Assembly: GCA_965371665.1 (NCBI GenBank) | Contig: CBDUZI010000001.1 | Span: 9,411-73,410, forward strand | Source: an uncultured bacterium | GTDB lineage: Bacteria; Oederibacteriota; JAAXVQ01; JAUVAV01 | Length of the DNA: 64,000 nt | Direction of reading: 5' to 3' | Content: more notes on this DNA, generated by a model | Told to the model about the DNA's origin: nothing | The model's database searches: none | The model's input: the letters and a program-made list of their open reading frames with translations, nothing else | DNA letters: not shown here | Numbering within the stretch: the first letter of the stretch is position 1

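Noticed and set aside
62509-63513. 334-aa plus-strand ORF, and dozens of other 60-240-aa plus-strand ORFs between 25.6 and 64 kb
   Set aside because: All lie antisense within the continuous 38-kb minus-strand frame. They start with low-complexity or Arg/Ser/Pro-rich translations typical of shadow ORFs in roughly 50% GC DNA and have no RBS or motif support.
63850-63852. Apparent start codon of the giant gene at 63852 (M in the ORF track)
   Set aside because: The codon is TTG inside a repeated TM module. The same frame continues open through 64000 (…EKGNKLIGYIFWNVIFCEFLAHIWDLVAF…), so this is an internal Leu, not the initiation site.

Overview
All substantial genes in this 64-kb window lie on the minus strand. 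The dominant feature is a single giant ORF of at least 38.3 kb (25663..64000, minus strand). Its frame stays open to the window edge, so it is 5'-truncated here, and the 'start' at 63852 is an internal TTG chosen by the ORF caller. Reading its translation shows many transmembrane clusters, two clan GH-A-like glycoside hydrolase TIM barrels each followed by beta-sandwich ('WYLVI') domains, a complete SecY-like channel domain, a SecA-like DEAD motor, a GT2-like glycosyltransferase domain, two HExxH motifs and several internal duplications. Downstream on the same strand are two sugar ABC permeases (23496..25338). At the left end a sugar-binding ABC lipoprotein (261..1571) is translationally coupled to a 1738-aa secreted glycoside-hydrolase-like protein (1568..6784). 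Between them (7.1-22.3 kb) lies a cluster of secreted and outer-membrane proteins. These include two FadL/PorV-like barrels, one of them fused to an OmpA domain, a 1204-aa barrel protein, proteins with FlgD/T9SS-type C-terminal domains, and a paralogous family carrying a novel 'F-x-D/N-W-R-D' beta-sandwich domain. The cluster is punctuated by a recurring upstream direct-repeat operator, CATC(G/T)GCG x2. No rRNA, tRNA, CRISPR or transposase was seen. The architecture matches what I recall of giant predation/adhesion genes reported in Candidatus Omnitrophota; this is from memory and was not verified here.
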